64,000 nt of DNA from the IMG/VR virus record IMGVR_UViG_2898902220_000006, positions 1 to 64,000 of that record. One strand, given 5' to 3'. Below the pieces are notes generated by a model. The model ran no database searches, was not told the DNA's origin, and saw only the letters and a list, made by a program, of their open reading frames with translations. How positions within the stretch are numbered: position 1 is the stretch's first letter; each line of letters begins with the position of its first letter. A program made the position numbers and the translations under genes. Source of the stretch: a virus (taxonomy: Duplodnaviria > Caudoviricetes). This document shows, one piece after another, positions 10,025 to 20,587 of the stretch.

Positions 10025-13000
10025 GTGTCCTTACGGAAACTATTTGTTGATGTCGGTTATAAGATATCGTCCAGTCCTCTAGAAGCCTTAGACAAACGGT
10101 TAACTAGACTTTCTGGCGCAAGTACAAGAACGTTCGATAGCATGAATGAGAGCATGGGCAAAGCTGGCAAGTCGATGAAGGCAGTAGCGGAAAGGTCAGG
10201 GGCGTTAGGCTCGACCGTATCCAAGGTACAACATGCGACTGACCAAGCAACGAAGGCGACTGAACGGGCCAACAAAGCCAATGCACTAGCAGCCAAGGCA
10301 GTAGATCGAGCAGCAGCGGCCCATGAACGGGCCACAAAAGCGGCTGAACGAGCAAAGACGGCTATAGAAAAGGCTACCGCCGTTACCAAAAGCTCAACTT
10401 CTTCCGATGAAGTAAAAGCAAGAGCTTTACAACGGGTACAATCCGCGACAGAAAAAGCGATTAGCTCTGCAACGAAAGCCCAACAAGCGGACGAAAGAGC
10501 AAAGCGCGCAACCATTGCAGCAGCCGAAGCGAGTCGAAATGCTATTCATTCCTCAGAAGGTGTTACGCGCGCGTTGGATCGGCAACAAAAAGCGGCACAA
10601 CGCGCTAGTAGAGAAATGGACGGCTTGCGACAGAAATACGGGGACTTTTCAAACGGCTCCCTGAAAGTGATGAATAAAATAGATCAAGCCTCTGGTGATA
10701 TTCAAGTCGCCGGAGGTTTTTTGTTAGCTGGAGGCGCTGGCCTTGCGGCTGGATTAGGTTCTGCTATTCAAACGGCTACCGATTTTGAATATGCAATGAG
10801 CCGTGTCGGAGCTGTTTCAGGTGCTACTGACACACAAATGGAAGCATTGACCAAGCGAGCCAAAGAGCTTGGAGCATCCACCGTGTTTACCAGTAGCCAA
10901 GCGGCTGAAGGTATGCAGTATTTAGCGATGGCAGGTTTTAAAAGCAATGAAATCATTGAGGCTATGCCTGGTGTATTAGATGCGGCAGCGGCAGGGCAAA
11001 TCGGTTTGGGTGATGCGGCAAACATTACCTCAAACATTATGTCAGGGTTTGGACTTTCTGCTACAGAGTCACAACGCGCAGCAGACGTACTCACGAAAGC
11101 TTTCACAACGTCCAATACAACGTTACTAGGTATCGGTGAAACCATGAAATACGTTGCACCTGCGGCACATGCAGTGGGTTGGTCGCTCGAAGATATGGCA
11201 GCGGCTTCCGGTTATCTCGGAAACGTTGGCCTTGATGCGTCTATGGCTGGTACAGCGTTACGAGCTTCCGTCACTCGACTTGCTGGCCCTACAACGCAAG
11301 CGGCCGACTTAATGAAATATTACGGCATTAGCTTGGAAGATACGAACGGAAAAATGCGTAGGCTACCCGACATTCTAGGTCAAATGAAATCGTCTTTTAC
11401 GAATTTAAGTGATGCAGAACGAGCAAGTGCTGTACAGACGATTTTCGGTACAGAAGCAATGAGCGCCATGCTTGCTTTAATGGACGATCCAAAAGGGTTG
11501 GACACATACAGCCAAACATTAAAGGATTCAACTGGGAAGGCTGCTGAAATCGCTACAAGACAAATGAATAACCTTAAAGGTGCAACTGAGAAAATGAAAT
11601 CGGCGGTAGAAGGCGCTCAGTTATCTATTGGTGAGGCGTTTGTCCCTACTCTGACGTGGCTATCTTCTGGCATAACCAGCGTAGTTGATAAGTTCAACGG
11701 TTTAAGTGATGGAACCAAGAAAACAATTGCCATCATTCTTGCGGTAACGGCTGCTGCTACCCTTTTGGGTGGGGCATTCCTTATTTTTATCTCGCTTCTA
11801 CCTTCCATGATTGCCGGATTCAGCGCTATTTCCGGTGTTGCAGGTATTGTCGCTGGAATCGCAAGCCCTATCCTGGGTGTGATTGCTGCTATTGTGGGGA
11901 TCGGTGCTGCCGTTTATTTTGCCTACCAGAAATTTGAGCCATTCAGAAATATGATAGATTCGGCTATCCGTACCGTTAAAGAGTTTGCAGTCGGTATTTT
12001 TGGTGAGATTCAAACCTTTTTCACGGAAAATAGCGCACTGTTTACCGAAGCTGCCCAAGGTATTTCTATCTTCTTAACCGATACATTTACAGCCTTACAA
12101 CCTGTTTTGACCGTCATTTGGAAAGTCGCTTTATTTGTGATCAAGGGTGTATGGGATAACATCAAGGGCGTTATCCAGGGGGCTGTTGGAATGATCCTTA
12201 ACACGATAAAAATCTTTTCGGCCCTATTCTCTGGAAACTGGGCGGCGTTGTGGGATGGCGTGAAAGGTTTCGTAAGCAGCGCACTGCAATTTGTTTGGAA
12301 CCTTATAAACCTTACTTTTCTTGGTCGATTGCTTGGCCCTATTCGTACAGGTTTCGGGCTGATAAAAGGCATCGTGTCCAGTGGTTGGGCGGCTGTGAAA
12401 TCATTCTTTGTCAGTGGCGTGAATGGAGCTAAAAGCCTTGTTAGTAATATGGTGTCTGCCCTAACAGGCAATTTTACAAACCTGTGGAACAGCGTAAAAA
12501 CCATTGTGACAGGGATTAAAGACAGCATCGTCAATGGCTGGAGGGCTGCCGTTGATTTTCTGAAAAGCATTGATCTATTTGAGATTGGGAAGAATGTCGT
12601 CCAGGGATTCGTGAATGGGATCAAGAGCATGGTCGGTGATATCAAAGAATCCATTGCAGGTATCGCTACATCTGCTGTCGATCAGTTTAAATCAGTCCTT
12701 GATATTCACTCACCTTCTCGCGTGTTTATGGAGCTAGGTGGTTTTACAGGTGAAGGGTACGGGATCGGGATTCAAAACAGTTTGCCGGATGTAAGCAGGG
12801 CTATCTCTTCCCTAGCAGGTGAAACAGTCGGGGGAATGGCTCAGATGCCTAATACGGCTCAGGCTGTTCATTCCTCTATGTATAACCATCATACTACCAA
12901 TAACACCTCTGCCCCGACCAAGGTCGAAATTACGATTAACGTACAAGGCAATGCGGATAGTAGCGTTGTCCAAGATATGAAGCAAGAGGTTAAAAAGGCA

Positions 13001-13057
13001 GTAGATGAGGTTTTCAAATCGTTCGGGCGCAGAAATCCCAAGCATGTGGAGGTATAA
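10025..13057 (+). CDS. Tail tape measure protein (TP901-type core)
   Basis: FEYAMSRVGAV...SASTVFTSSQAAEGMQYLAMAG core; Ala-rich and Trp-periodic repeats. Confidence 0.95.
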   Translation: MSLRKLFVDVGYKISSSPLEALDKRLTRLSGASTRTFDSMNESMGKAGKSMKAVAERSGALGSTVSKVQHATDQATKATERANKANALAAKAVDRAAAAHERATKAAERAKTAIEKATAVTKSSTSSDEVKARALQRVQSATEKAISSATKAQQADERAKRATIAAAEASRNAIHSSEGVTRALDRQQKAAQRASREMDGLRQKYGDFSNGSLKVMNKIDQASGDIQVAGGFLLAGGAGLAAGLGSAIQTATDFEYAMSRVGAVSGATDTQMEALTKRAKELGASTVFTSSQAAEGMQYLAMAGFKSNEIIEAMPGVLDAAAAGQIGLGDAANITSNIMSGFGLSATESQRAADVLTKAFTTSNTTLLGIGETMKYVAPAAHAVGWSLEDMAAASGYLGNVGLDASMAGTALRASVTRLAGPTTQAADLMKYYGISLEDTNGKMRRLPDILGQMKSSFTNLSDAERASAVQTIFGTEAMSAMLALMDDPKGLDTYSQTLKDSTGKAAEIATRQMNNLKGATEKMKSAVEGAQLSIGEAFVPTLTWLSSGITSVVDKFNGLSDGTKKTIAIILAVTAAATLLGGAFLIFISLLPSMIAGFSAISGVAGIVAGIASPILGVIAAIVGIGAAVYFAYQKFEPFRNMIDSAIRTVKEFAVGIFGEIQTFFTENSALFTEAAQGISIFLTDTFTALQPVLTVIWKVALFVIKGVWDNIKGVIQGAVGMILNTIKIFSALFSGNWAALWDGVKGFVSSALQFVWNLINLTFLGRLLGPIRTGFGLIKGIVSSGWAAVKSFFVSGVNGAKSLVSNMVSALTGNFTNLWNSVKTIVTGIKDSIVNGWRAAVDFLKSIDLFEIGKNVVQGFVNGIKSMVGDIKESIAGIATSAVDQFKSVLDIHSPSRVFMELGGFTGEGYGIGIQNSLPDVSRAISSLAGETVGGMAQMPNTAQAVHSSMYNHHTTNNTSAPTKVEITINVQGNADSSVVQDMKQEVKKAVDEVFKSFGRRNPKHVEV

Positions 13058-13060
13058 GAA

Positions 13061-13678
13061 ATGGCAACGATTAATGGAATGGAAATCCATGTGATAAACG
13101 AAAAGCCCTCATACAGTGTAAAGGTTTCCGAGCATCCGGTTGAAAACGGTGCAGCCATTACAGACCACGTAGAACCAGCGCTAAAGAAGTTCGCTATCAC
13201 TGGTCTGATGGTTGGGCCAGAAGCCGCACAGACTCGCCAAAACCTTGTGAACCTTATGAATGCTGGTGAACCAGTAACCTACACGGGACGAAATATTTTT
13301 ACAAAAGGTATTATCGAGTCGATTGAAACGGATCATCACGCCCAGGTAGCAAATGGAATGGCTTTTACCATGCAAATACGTGAGCTACGAAGGGTAGAAC
13401 AAAAATTTAGTGTTAATCTACCAAAACAAGCTATTACGAATGTGAAAGTTGTTTCTACTACAGGTCGAAAACAAGTCAAAACAACCAAGAAAGGGAAAAC
13501 GGCAACGAAAGCAAAAAGCTCTCAACCAACCGGAAAAAAACACACGGTTAGAAAGGGGCAAACCTGGGAGAGTATCGCAGGTCAGTACGGTGTAGACGTG
13601 AAGAAAATGAGGAAATGGAATGGACATATCCCGAAGAGTGTAAGGCTGAAAGAGGGTATGGTTATTACCGTTGGATAG
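13061..13678 (+). CDS. Tail tube initiator / baseplate protein with C-terminal LysM
   Basis: SEHPVENGAAITDHV N-terminus; HTVRKGQTWESIAGQYGV LysM. Confidence 0.85.
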   Translation: MATINGMEIHVINEKPSYSVKVSEHPVENGAAITDHVEPALKKFAITGLMVGPEAAQTRQNLVNLMNAGEPVTYTGRNIFTKGIIESIETDHHAQVANGMAFTMQIRELRRVEQKFSVNLPKQAITNVKVVSTTGRKQVKTTKKGKTATKAKSSQPTGKKHTVRKGQTWESIAGQYGVDVKKMRKWNGHIPKSVRLKEGMVITVG

Positions 13679-13687
13679 GAGGCAAGC

Positions 13688-13999
13688 GTGGAGTATATAC
13701 CAATTGAAAAAGAGTCAATCCCTTACAAAATGGAAATAGAGCTAGGGGTTGAGCTGTTCGAAATCGAGATCAATTACAACGATCGGTTTGGTTTTTTTGC
13801 GCTTGACCTGATGAAAAATAATGAGCTTCTAGTCATGGGGGCCAAGCTGGTATATGGGGTTCCTGTCTTTGAATCATTCGAAGATAACAGGTTTCCATCT
13901 CCCCTGCTTACCCCCATTGATCCAGCAGGAAGAGAAAAACAAATCACCTGGGATAACTTTGGTGAGACGGTTTTGTTGCAGGTTGGTGAGGATGAATGA
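13688..13999 (+). CDS. Baseplate plug-like protein
   Basis: Position; YNDRFGFF...KLVYGVP. Confidence 0.7.
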   Translation: MEYIPIEKESIPYKMEIELGVELFEIEINYNDRFGFFALDLMKNNELLVMGAKLVYGVPVFESFEDNRFPSPLLTPIDPAGREKQITWDNFGETVLLQVGEDE

Positions 14000-14793
14000 G
14001 TTTGGCTTATAAGCGAGTCATTGAGTTACTGGTAGGTAACGTGTCGATTAAAGCTTCTGAGCTTACTCTAGGCTTTGATGTGCCGTTTAGAGATAACGCA
14101 GAGCCGAACGAGAGCCGGATTGATCTATACAACCTATCTGATAACAGCATAAATGCCATTGCCCAATTTGATAGTAAGATCATTGTAAATGCCGGATATG
14201 CTGGCGATGTAGGAACAATATTGGAAGGCAGATTGGTCGATCTTGAAACGTTCTGGGATGGGCCGGACAAACGTACATCCATAATCGTACTGGACAGTGA
14301 GTCGTTAAAAGGAAGAACGATCGAAAGCAAGGCTTATAAAAAACAAACGTCTGCCTCTACCGTCTTACGAGATTTGATTAGTACGGCCAACTTACAAATT
14401 GGGGAATGGTCACTGCAAAAGGATATCAAATACGAGGAAGGAATAACGGTTGAGGGATCGGTCACAGAAGCCATTAAAAAAATTGCAGAGGATTGTGAGA
14501 CGCCATTTTATATCAACAAAGGGCGTCTTTTTTTACGTCCGCACAACAGCGGAGACAAGACGAATTTTATTTTGTCACCACGTACGGGGTTGATTGGTTC
14601 CCCCCAACTGTTTGTTAGTGAGGGAGAACAAGGTTATAGGGCTAAGAGTCTGTTACAACACAGAATTACAACAAGTAGCTTGATAACCATTCAAAGCAAA
14701 GTGGTGCAGGGTTCCCTACGAGTAGCGCGCGGACGTCATGTGTATGACGGGAACAACTTTGTTACAGAAATGGAGGCGGTATTCAATGGATGA
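13996..14793 (+). CDS. Baseplate hub protein
   Basis: IDLYNLS...NAGYAGD...GLIGSP...KSLLQHRI. Confidence 0.85.
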   Translation: MSLAYKRVIELLVGNVSIKASELTLGFDVPFRDNAEPNESRIDLYNLSDNSINAIAQFDSKIIVNAGYAGDVGTILEGRLVDLETFWDGPDKRTSIIVLDSESLKGRTIESKAYKKQTSASTVLRDLISTANLQIGEWSLQKDIKYEEGITVEGSVTEAIKKIAEDCETPFYINKGRLFLRPHNSGDKTNFILSPRTGLIGSPQLFVSEGEQGYRAKSLLQHRITTSSLITIQSKVVQGSLRVARGRHVYDGNNFVTEMEAVFNG

Positions 14794-15154
14794 GGTACTA
14801 AAGGATTGGCTGGAAAGTGAATTACGCCAACTACACACCGCCACAGTAGCAAAAGTCGTCAAGTATGATAAGGCAACGCGTAGAGCCTCTATACAGCCTC
14901 TTGTGAAACAAAAAGTCAAAGGGAGAGGAATTGTCCCCCTTCCCCTATTAGAAGGTGTACCCGTGTTAAAACAGCACTTTGAAGTGGGCGGTATGGAGCA
15001 AGAATATATTCCTGTTTTGAAGCCTGGTCAAATTGTGCTGGTTGTCTTTTCGGAACGAGCGATGGATCAAGCGTTAAAAGGCGAACATGCCTTACCAAAT
15101 GCTAGGCGTAGACACAGCTTGTCAGATGCCGTTGTTGTTGGGGTGTTAGGATGA
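14786..15154 (+). CDS. Baseplate spike (Gp138-like)
   Basis: LHTATVAKV...SIQPL...VFSERAMD...RRHSLSDA. Confidence 0.85.
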   Translation: MDEVLKDWLESELRQLHTATVAKVVKYDKATRRASIQPLVKQKVKGRGIVPLPLLEGVPVLKQHFEVGGMEQEYIPVLKPGQIVLVVFSERAMDQALKGEHALPNARRRHSLSDAVVVGVLG

Positions 15155-15507
15155 GGTCTTTTCTTCTGAAGGACGGCGATCTGGTTTTTGACAAGGGAGA
15201 ACTTGTCATGGTGGGTGAAAAAAAAGAATTAAATCAAGCAGTTGAAATTGCCATGAACACCAATAAAAATGAGTTCTTTTTGGATGGCGAACACGGTTTT
15301 AAACAAGCTGTTTTCCACGATAAAAAACCGAATGAAGATTTGATTCGGGAGGCTGTATTTGAAACCCTTGCCCAAGAGGAACGAATTGAGCGAGTAACCA
15401 AGGTCGATATCCAGTTTGACCGTAAAACGAGAAAACTTTTTAGTACATTCGAAGCTGTGGCTCGTGACGGTACAGAGATCAAGGAGGTGCTGACACGGGA
15501 TGCTTAA
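15151..15507 (+). CDS. Baseplate wedge protein (DUF2634 / gp25-like)
   Basis: GDLVF...EFFLDGEHG...QEERI. Confidence 0.8.
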   Translation: MRSFLLKDGDLVFDKGELVMVGEKKELNQAVEIAMNTNKNEFFLDGEHGFKQAVFHDKKPNEDLIREAVFETLAQEERIERVTKVDIQFDRKTRKLFSTFEAVARDGTEIKEVLTRDA

Positions 15508-16657
15508 CGAACAGGGATTTAAACGCAAACGATACAGCGACCTACTTACAGAGATAGAAGAACGAGCGCGTACGTTATTCGGTGAGGACATCAATACTAC
15601 CTTACGTTCCCCTCTTGGAATCCTTATTCGGTTGTTTGCTTGGTTCCTCTCTCTTGTATGGCAGAATGCCGAAGAAGTGTACCACAGTGGATTCCGTGAC
15701 ACGGCTACAGGGGTAAGTTTGGATAAATTGGGCGCAGCAGATGGAATTTATCGTTTGCCCGAAAGTGCGGCTATAGGTGTGATAGAAATTGAAGGGAAAC
15801 CATTTTATGAAGTGCCGGAGGATACCGTAGTTGGAACCGATCAAGAAGTATGGTTTCGAACCATTGATAGTGTGATTCTTAATGACAGCGGTAAAGGTAC
15901 GGTGCAAGTTACGGCTATGATACCAGGAGGTAGCGGTAATGTACCATCTGATAGAATTACCCGTTTGCTGCTGGCTGACTCTAATATTATCGCTGTAACA
16001 AACCCTACACCTACCAGCGAAGGCCGAGGCCATGAAACAGATAAAGAGTATCGGGAGCGGATGAAAAAAGCAAAAGTCGGCTTGCTCAATGGAGCGCTGT
16101 ATAAAGTACCTGGTGTGCGATCTGTGACAATCATCGAAAATAAGACAATGCAACCGGATGCAGAGGGCCGGAACCCAAAAAGTTTTGAGGTTTTTGTTTT
16201 GGGCGGTACGGATCGGGAGGTTGCCCAGGCAATTTTCGAAAACAAACCAGCCGGAATAGAAACTCATGGGGGAATTACGCAAGAGATCACAGACCTATCC
16301 GGTGAAAAGCAAATCATTACATTTAGTCGCACCGAAAACGTTCCCGTCTGGATCAAAGCTATTCTTACTACTTCTTCTGCGTTCCTACTTGATGGGGCCG
16401 ATAAAGTTCGAACTGAAATTGTTCAGGTGATCGGCGGACAAGATGAAGACGGAATAAATTATGAGGGAATGAAATCGGGGCAGCATGTCATTATTAATCA
16501 ATTGATTGGGGCTGTGATGAAGGTTGAAGGCATTGAGGATGTCGAGATCAAAGTAAGCACAGATGGAAACACGTTCCATGCTCAAAACATCCCCATTGAA
16601 ACGTATAAAAAAGCCGTTGTCCCCTACTCGAATATCGAGGTGACAACAAATGTTTAA
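15500..16657 (+). CDS. Baseplate J/gp47 family protein
   Basis: TATGVSLDKLG, GRGHETDKEYRER, KPAGIETHG. Confidence 0.92.
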   Translation: MLNEQGFKRKRYSDLLTEIEERARTLFGEDINTTLRSPLGILIRLFAWFLSLVWQNAEEVYHSGFRDTATGVSLDKLGAADGIYRLPESAAIGVIEIEGKPFYEVPEDTVVGTDQEVWFRTIDSVILNDSGKGTVQVTAMIPGGSGNVPSDRITRLLLADSNIIAVTNPTPTSEGRGHETDKEYRERMKKAKVGLLNGALYKVPGVRSVTIIENKTMQPDAEGRNPKSFEVFVLGGTDREVAQAIFENKPAGIETHGGITQEITDLSGEKQIITFSRTENVPVWIKAILTTSSAFLLDGADKVRTEIVQVIGGQDEDGINYEGMKSGQHVIINQLIGAVMKVEGIEDVEIKVSTDGNTFHAQNIPIETYKKAVVPYSNIEVTTNV

Positions 16658-17228
16658 CATAAAGGACTTTCTTGTACGGCTTACCGACAACTACGAAAAA
16701 GACCCTGATAGCAACATGGGTAAAGTCATCCGGTTGTTCCAGGAGCAAATTCAGCAACTCGATGAGTCATATCATTTGATTGCAGATAATCGGGTTGAAA
16801 ATCAAGCTACAGGCGAATGGCTCGATACCATAGGCAAAGAAGTAGGACAACCACGCGGTAAGGCTTCCGATGCAGAATACCGAATGCTAATTAAGAGCAA
16901 AAGGGCAAAGAACCGTTCTCACGGTGAAATAAATACCATTATCCAGGTGCTTGCTGATTCTCTGCAAGTGCCTGTTTCTGATGTAAAGGTTGAGGAGCTA
17001 TTCAATAGCGATCTGTTAAAAGAGCCAGCAGCCTTTCTAGTAAAGATCAAAGGATATGAGCAACTAAACAAGACAACCCTGGACGCCTTTTCAGAACTTG
17101 CTGGCCCTGGAATACGAATGTACTTCCAACCGTTAAGCAACTTCACAGAGCTGTCAGGATGGCAGGAAGATATTACACACGTTGGCTTTAGTTGTCCTAT
17201 CCCGAATGAAGAACTTTACCCTTGTTAG
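16650..17228 (+). CDS. Baseplate wedge protein
   Basis: ATGEWLDTIGKEVGQPR...YRMLIK. Confidence 0.8.
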   Translation: MFNIKDFLVRLTDNYEKDPDSNMGKVIRLFQEQIQQLDESYHLIADNRVENQATGEWLDTIGKEVGQPRGKASDAEYRMLIKSKRAKNRSHGEINTIIQVLADSLQVPVSDVKVEELFNSDLLKEPAAFLVKIKGYEQLNKTTLDAFSELAGPGIRMYFQPLSNFTELSGWQEDITHVGFSCPIPNEELYPC

Positions 17229-17239
17229 GAGGAAATATC

Positions 17240-17710
17240 ATGATTGAATGTGGCGGTTGGGCTGGCGCGTACAACGTAACTGTCCGTAAAGGCGATGGTA
17301 CAGAAACAAAGCTGCACATAAAAAATATGATTACGGACGCTGGATTGAATTTTTTAAGAGACGGGCTATCAGGGAAACACAGCGATTTAAAAATTAAGTA
17401 TCTGGCGTTGGGAGATTCAGCCGATCCGGTGCAAAGGAATCAATGGAAGTTAGGCAATGAACGATTTAGAATTGCATTTGCTGCTCAGGAAGATGGCGGA
17501 ATTGGAGCATTGCGGTCGGTATGTGCAATCCCTGATGATGAAGCGCTATTTCATATTCGTGAATTGGGTATTTTCGCTGGTAAAGATGCTGACCAAAACC
17601 AGAATACGGGAATCATGGTGTCTCGCATTCTTTTTGATTTTGATAAATCGAGGGAATCAGTGCCGTTTTCGTTGCGTTTCGAGCGGATTGACACCATAGG
17701 GAGGTTATAG
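17240..17710 (+). CDS. Tail-fibre attachment / collar protein
   Basis: NMITDAG...YLALGD...IRELGIF...SRIL. Confidence 0.7.
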   Translation: MIECGGWAGAYNVTVRKGDGTETKLHIKNMITDAGLNFLRDGLSGKHSDLKIKYLALGDSADPVQRNQWKLGNERFRIAFAAQEDGGIGALRSVCAIPDDEALFHIRELGIFAGKDADQNQNTGIMVSRILFDFDKSRESVPFSLRFERIDTIGRL

Positions 17711-17711
17711 C

Positions 17712-17990
17712 ATGCCTTATAACAAAACAGTCTGGAAAAACGGTGCTGCTCCTGGTATTAGCGCTGGCAGATTAAATAACATGGAGGATGGGATCGAAGC
17801 AGCTCATGTTGTAATTGATTCCCTTAAAAGCACTGTCTCAAATCTAGAAACAAGAACAAAAACACTAGAAGATTCATTGCTAAACGACTTTAAAAACAAC
17901 ATTTTCTTTGTCAATTTTAAAGAGATACAAAAGGTCAAGGTTTCATCTGGATGGTATGACCAGACAAATAATAGGCTGTTAATTTTGTAA
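17712..17990 (+). CDS. Small tail-fibre-associated protein
   Basis: YNKTVWKN...LNNMEDGI motif. Confidence 0.7.
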   Translation: MPYNKTVWKNGAAPGISAGRLNNMEDGIEAAHVVIDSLKSTVSNLETRTKTLEDSLLNDFKNNIFFVNFKEIQKVKVSSGWYDQTNNRLLIL

Positions 17991-18015
17991 TGGATACAGA
18001 AAGTGGAGGGATATC

Positions 18016-20202
18016 ATGCCTAGTATTACATTTACATTTCAAAATACCGATGTGCAGGATACATATATCACAGAAGGTTCAACATCAAGCAATGGAGGAA
18101 GTTCTCTGCTGGCTATATCAAACAAAACGTCATATATAAGACGATCCTTGATAAAATTCGATATAAAAGCAATTCCCAAGAATGCGGTGATTGAGAGCGC
18201 AACACTACGATTAATACTGTCAAACTATCCAAGCGAAAATAGGAAGATAGGGGTTCACCTTATCACTCAGGATTGGAATAATAATACGAATTGGAATACA
18301 CAACCGACTTTTAACGATGTTCAAGAATTTCGCAACTTACAAAGTATGCAGAAGGTTGTTGATATTCCGGTTACATCAATTGTACAGGAGTGGGTGAATG
18401 GAACCGAGAATCATGGTTTCTTATTGTCCGATCAAACCCCTAACTCTACTAATTTATCAGTCATTAATTTTTATTCAGTGGATGACAGTTCCTTTTCGAA
18501 CCGTCCAACATTAACGATACAATACAAAAATCCAACATCGGGACAAGCATCCTATATGGGGCTTGTCAAAATGGGTACACTTAGAAACCAAAGAGGCATA
18601 AAGCCACGTCCATCCCGTCCTTGGAGTATCGATCAAGTCCCTACGGGCACGCCTGGTAAGGGTAATATATCAAGCTTCCTTACAGACCCCAACATAGAGA
18701 ATTGGACTATAGGAGATTCGGACGATTATGAGCCGGATAATAATTTATACTGGCATAAAATCAAAGAAGGAAACAAAGTAATTTTAATTTGTGATCGGGT
18801 AATCCTCTCGAATGTTAGTTGGGAAGACCTTAACAAGGGTGGTTTTGTTTCTGGGAAAACCGTTATGATTGATGGACAATACTATAAAATACGTTTACTA
18901 TCGGGTGGATCATCTTCACGATTCGAAAAATCGAATGCGGTAGGTGGAGCACCTCTCAATAATGAATGGGATCGTTTCATTTCAAACGAGGATGAAATAA
19001 ATGGAATACCTTCTATCATTTCTTCTGATTTTGATGAGTTTTTTACAACAACCGATTTAGAGAGTCCAAGTAATAAATTTTGGAATTGGGCTGGTATGTT
19101 CTCATTTTGTATGGAAAAAAGGCTCAGGAGTAATGATTGGTTAGGTGTCGAAAGAGGCTGGCGTTCAGTACGTCTATGGGAAGAAACACTATCAAGTGCT
19201 AGATATTCAAATGCAGGCTGGCGGCCTGTACTCGAAGTTTTAAATCAGCCACCAACCCTATCTTTAAAGACACCTTCTGATAATCAAACACTAACGGAAA
19301 ATGATGTTTTAAAAATCGAGGGGACGGTATCAGATAACGACAAAGACGATGTAGTCGTCACAAAATACCGTATCAACAACGGCACAACAAGGGCTATTGC
19401 TTCCGGTGTATCGGATGGCAGCAGTCCTATTTCTTTTGCCAAAACGTTACTATTCCACAACAAACGGCTCTACGATGGCACAACCGATATTATAGGCACA
19501 GACCTAGAAGAAAATATTGACCATATTCTAACCATTTGGGCAGAGGACGACAAAGGCGGAAAATCTACAGAGGTTACACGCAAGTTTCGTGTCGTTCACA
19601 ACCGACCACCTGTTATTAGTGGTCAGAATAAGGATTTAGGAATAATCGAGGCAGCCCCTTCAGAAACGTATAGCGTTACCGATCCAGAAGGCGACAGTTT
19701 CACCGTTGTTGAAAAGATAAATGGAACCGTAATCCGTTCGTTTCCAGGGGTAGCAGATAGAGAAGAAACGGTCACAATTACACCTGATATATGGCTAACA
19801 CTACAACCTGATGAAACACACACCCTTACGGTTACAGCTACAGACAAGCAAGGCATGATGTATACTCGATCCTACACGTTCAAAAGATTTGAAAGCAAAA
19901 TTGTGATTGACGGTCTTGCCGTACCATTCACCACAGACATTGCTGCCAAGCGTGTGTTGATTACACCAGATTGGGTTGTCCCTCTTGGAACGATCATCAA
20001 GGTAGAGACATGTAACAACGCTTTTGATGAATCCCCTACCTGGGAAGATTGCACATTAGTTGTGAAGCTTGGGCGTGGTTATCTGTTTACAAACGAAACA
20101 AAGACAGCAGCAGAATGGGGAATAGATATTCGCTTTCGCATCGAAAAAGGCGAGGCAGTAAGCCCAATTTCATTCAAAGGATTCGGGGGTGCATTTGATT
20201 GA
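18016..20202 (+). CDS. Multidomain tail fibre / receptor-binding protein (DNRLRE-like N-terminus, Ig-like C-terminal repeats)
   Basis: DTYI...RSLIKFD...NHGFLL...RPTLTIQY; LLSGG...NNEWDRFI; N(Q/R)PP Ig-like repeats. Confidence 0.75.
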   Translation: MPSITFTFQNTDVQDTYITEGSTSSNGGSSLLAISNKTSYIRRSLIKFDIKAIPKNAVIESATLRLILSNYPSENRKIGVHLITQDWNNNTNWNTQPTFNDVQEFRNLQSMQKVVDIPVTSIVQEWVNGTENHGFLLSDQTPNSTNLSVINFYSVDDSSFSNRPTLTIQYKNPTSGQASYMGLVKMGTLRNQRGIKPRPSRPWSIDQVPTGTPGKGNISSFLTDPNIENWTIGDSDDYEPDNNLYWHKIKEGNKVILICDRVILSNVSWEDLNKGGFVSGKTVMIDGQYYKIRLLSGGSSSRFEKSNAVGGAPLNNEWDRFISNEDEINGIPSIISSDFDEFFTTTDLESPSNKFWNWAGMFSFCMEKRLRSNDWLGVERGWRSVRLWEETLSSARYSNAGWRPVLEVLNQPPTLSLKTPSDNQTLTENDVLKIEGTVSDNDKDDVVVTKYRINNGTTRAIASGVSDGSSPISFAKTLLFHNKRLYDGTTDIIGTDLEENIDHILTIWAEDDKGGKSTEVTRKFRVVHNRPPVISGQNKDLGIIEAAPSETYSVTDPEGDSFTVVEKINGTVIRSFPGVADREETVTITPDIWLTLQPDETHTLTVTATDKQGMMYTRSYTFKRFESKIVIDGLAVPFTTDIAAKRVLITPDWVVPLGTIIKVETCNNAFDESPTWEDCTLVVKLGRGYLFTNETKTAAEWGIDIRFRIEKGEAVSPISFKGFGGAFD

Positions 20203-20375
20203 TTATTGGATTACAACATGCAAAGCCACTTTCAGAGATTCGCGAAGAAAAAGACATGAGTAATGTTACACCGGAGTTGCTTGCTGCTTATGAAGCTATA
20301 GCAAAGTTAGACGAAAAAATAGCCTTGTTGGAAAGAAAAATTCTATTACTTGAAGGAGAGAACAAACATGACTAA
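20199..20375 (+). CDS. Small coiled-coil tail-associated protein (58 aa, not in ORF track)
   Basis: TTG start overlapping fibre stop; LIIGLQHAKPLSEIREEK... Confidence 0.6.
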   Translation: MIIGLQHAKPLSEIREEKDMSNVTPELLAAYEAIAKLDEKIALLERKILLLEGENKHD

Positions 20376-20496
20376 ACAATATATGGTTCCTGTCTATGGC
20401 TTGCTGGTGAAGGCTGGACGTCGAGAAATTGAATCGATACCTGAGGAATATCAAATCCCTGTTGCCGAGTATTTAGCTTCACAAGTAGAAATGTAG
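20368..20496 (+). CDS. CD1375-family small phage protein (42 aa, not in ORF track)
   Basis: GAAGGAG RBS; MTKQYMVPVYGLLVKAGRREIESIPEEYQIPVAEYL. Confidence 0.75.
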   Translation: MTKQYMVPVYGLLVKAGRREIESIPEEYQIPVAEYLASQVEM

Positions 20497-20497
20497 A

Positions 20498-20528
20498 GCG
20501 TCTTTCTCATCTGAGAGGGGCGCTTTTT
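20498..20528 (+). terminator. Intrinsic terminator before lysis genes
   Basis: AGCGTCTTTCTCA-tc-TGAGAGGGGCGCT followed by T run. Confidence 0.55.
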
Positions 20529-20587
20529 AGATTCAAAAATAAAAGGGGGCTACGGCTCCCTATCTCTTAATTTGAAAGGGGTATGGT

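Noticed and set aside
10057-13200. Several long minus-strand ORFs over the tape-measure gene
   Set aside because: Antisense shadows of an Ala-rich gene; no RBS or motifs
15229-16282. Minus-strand 134-226 aa ORFs over baseplate genes
   Set aside because: Shadows of clear structural genes
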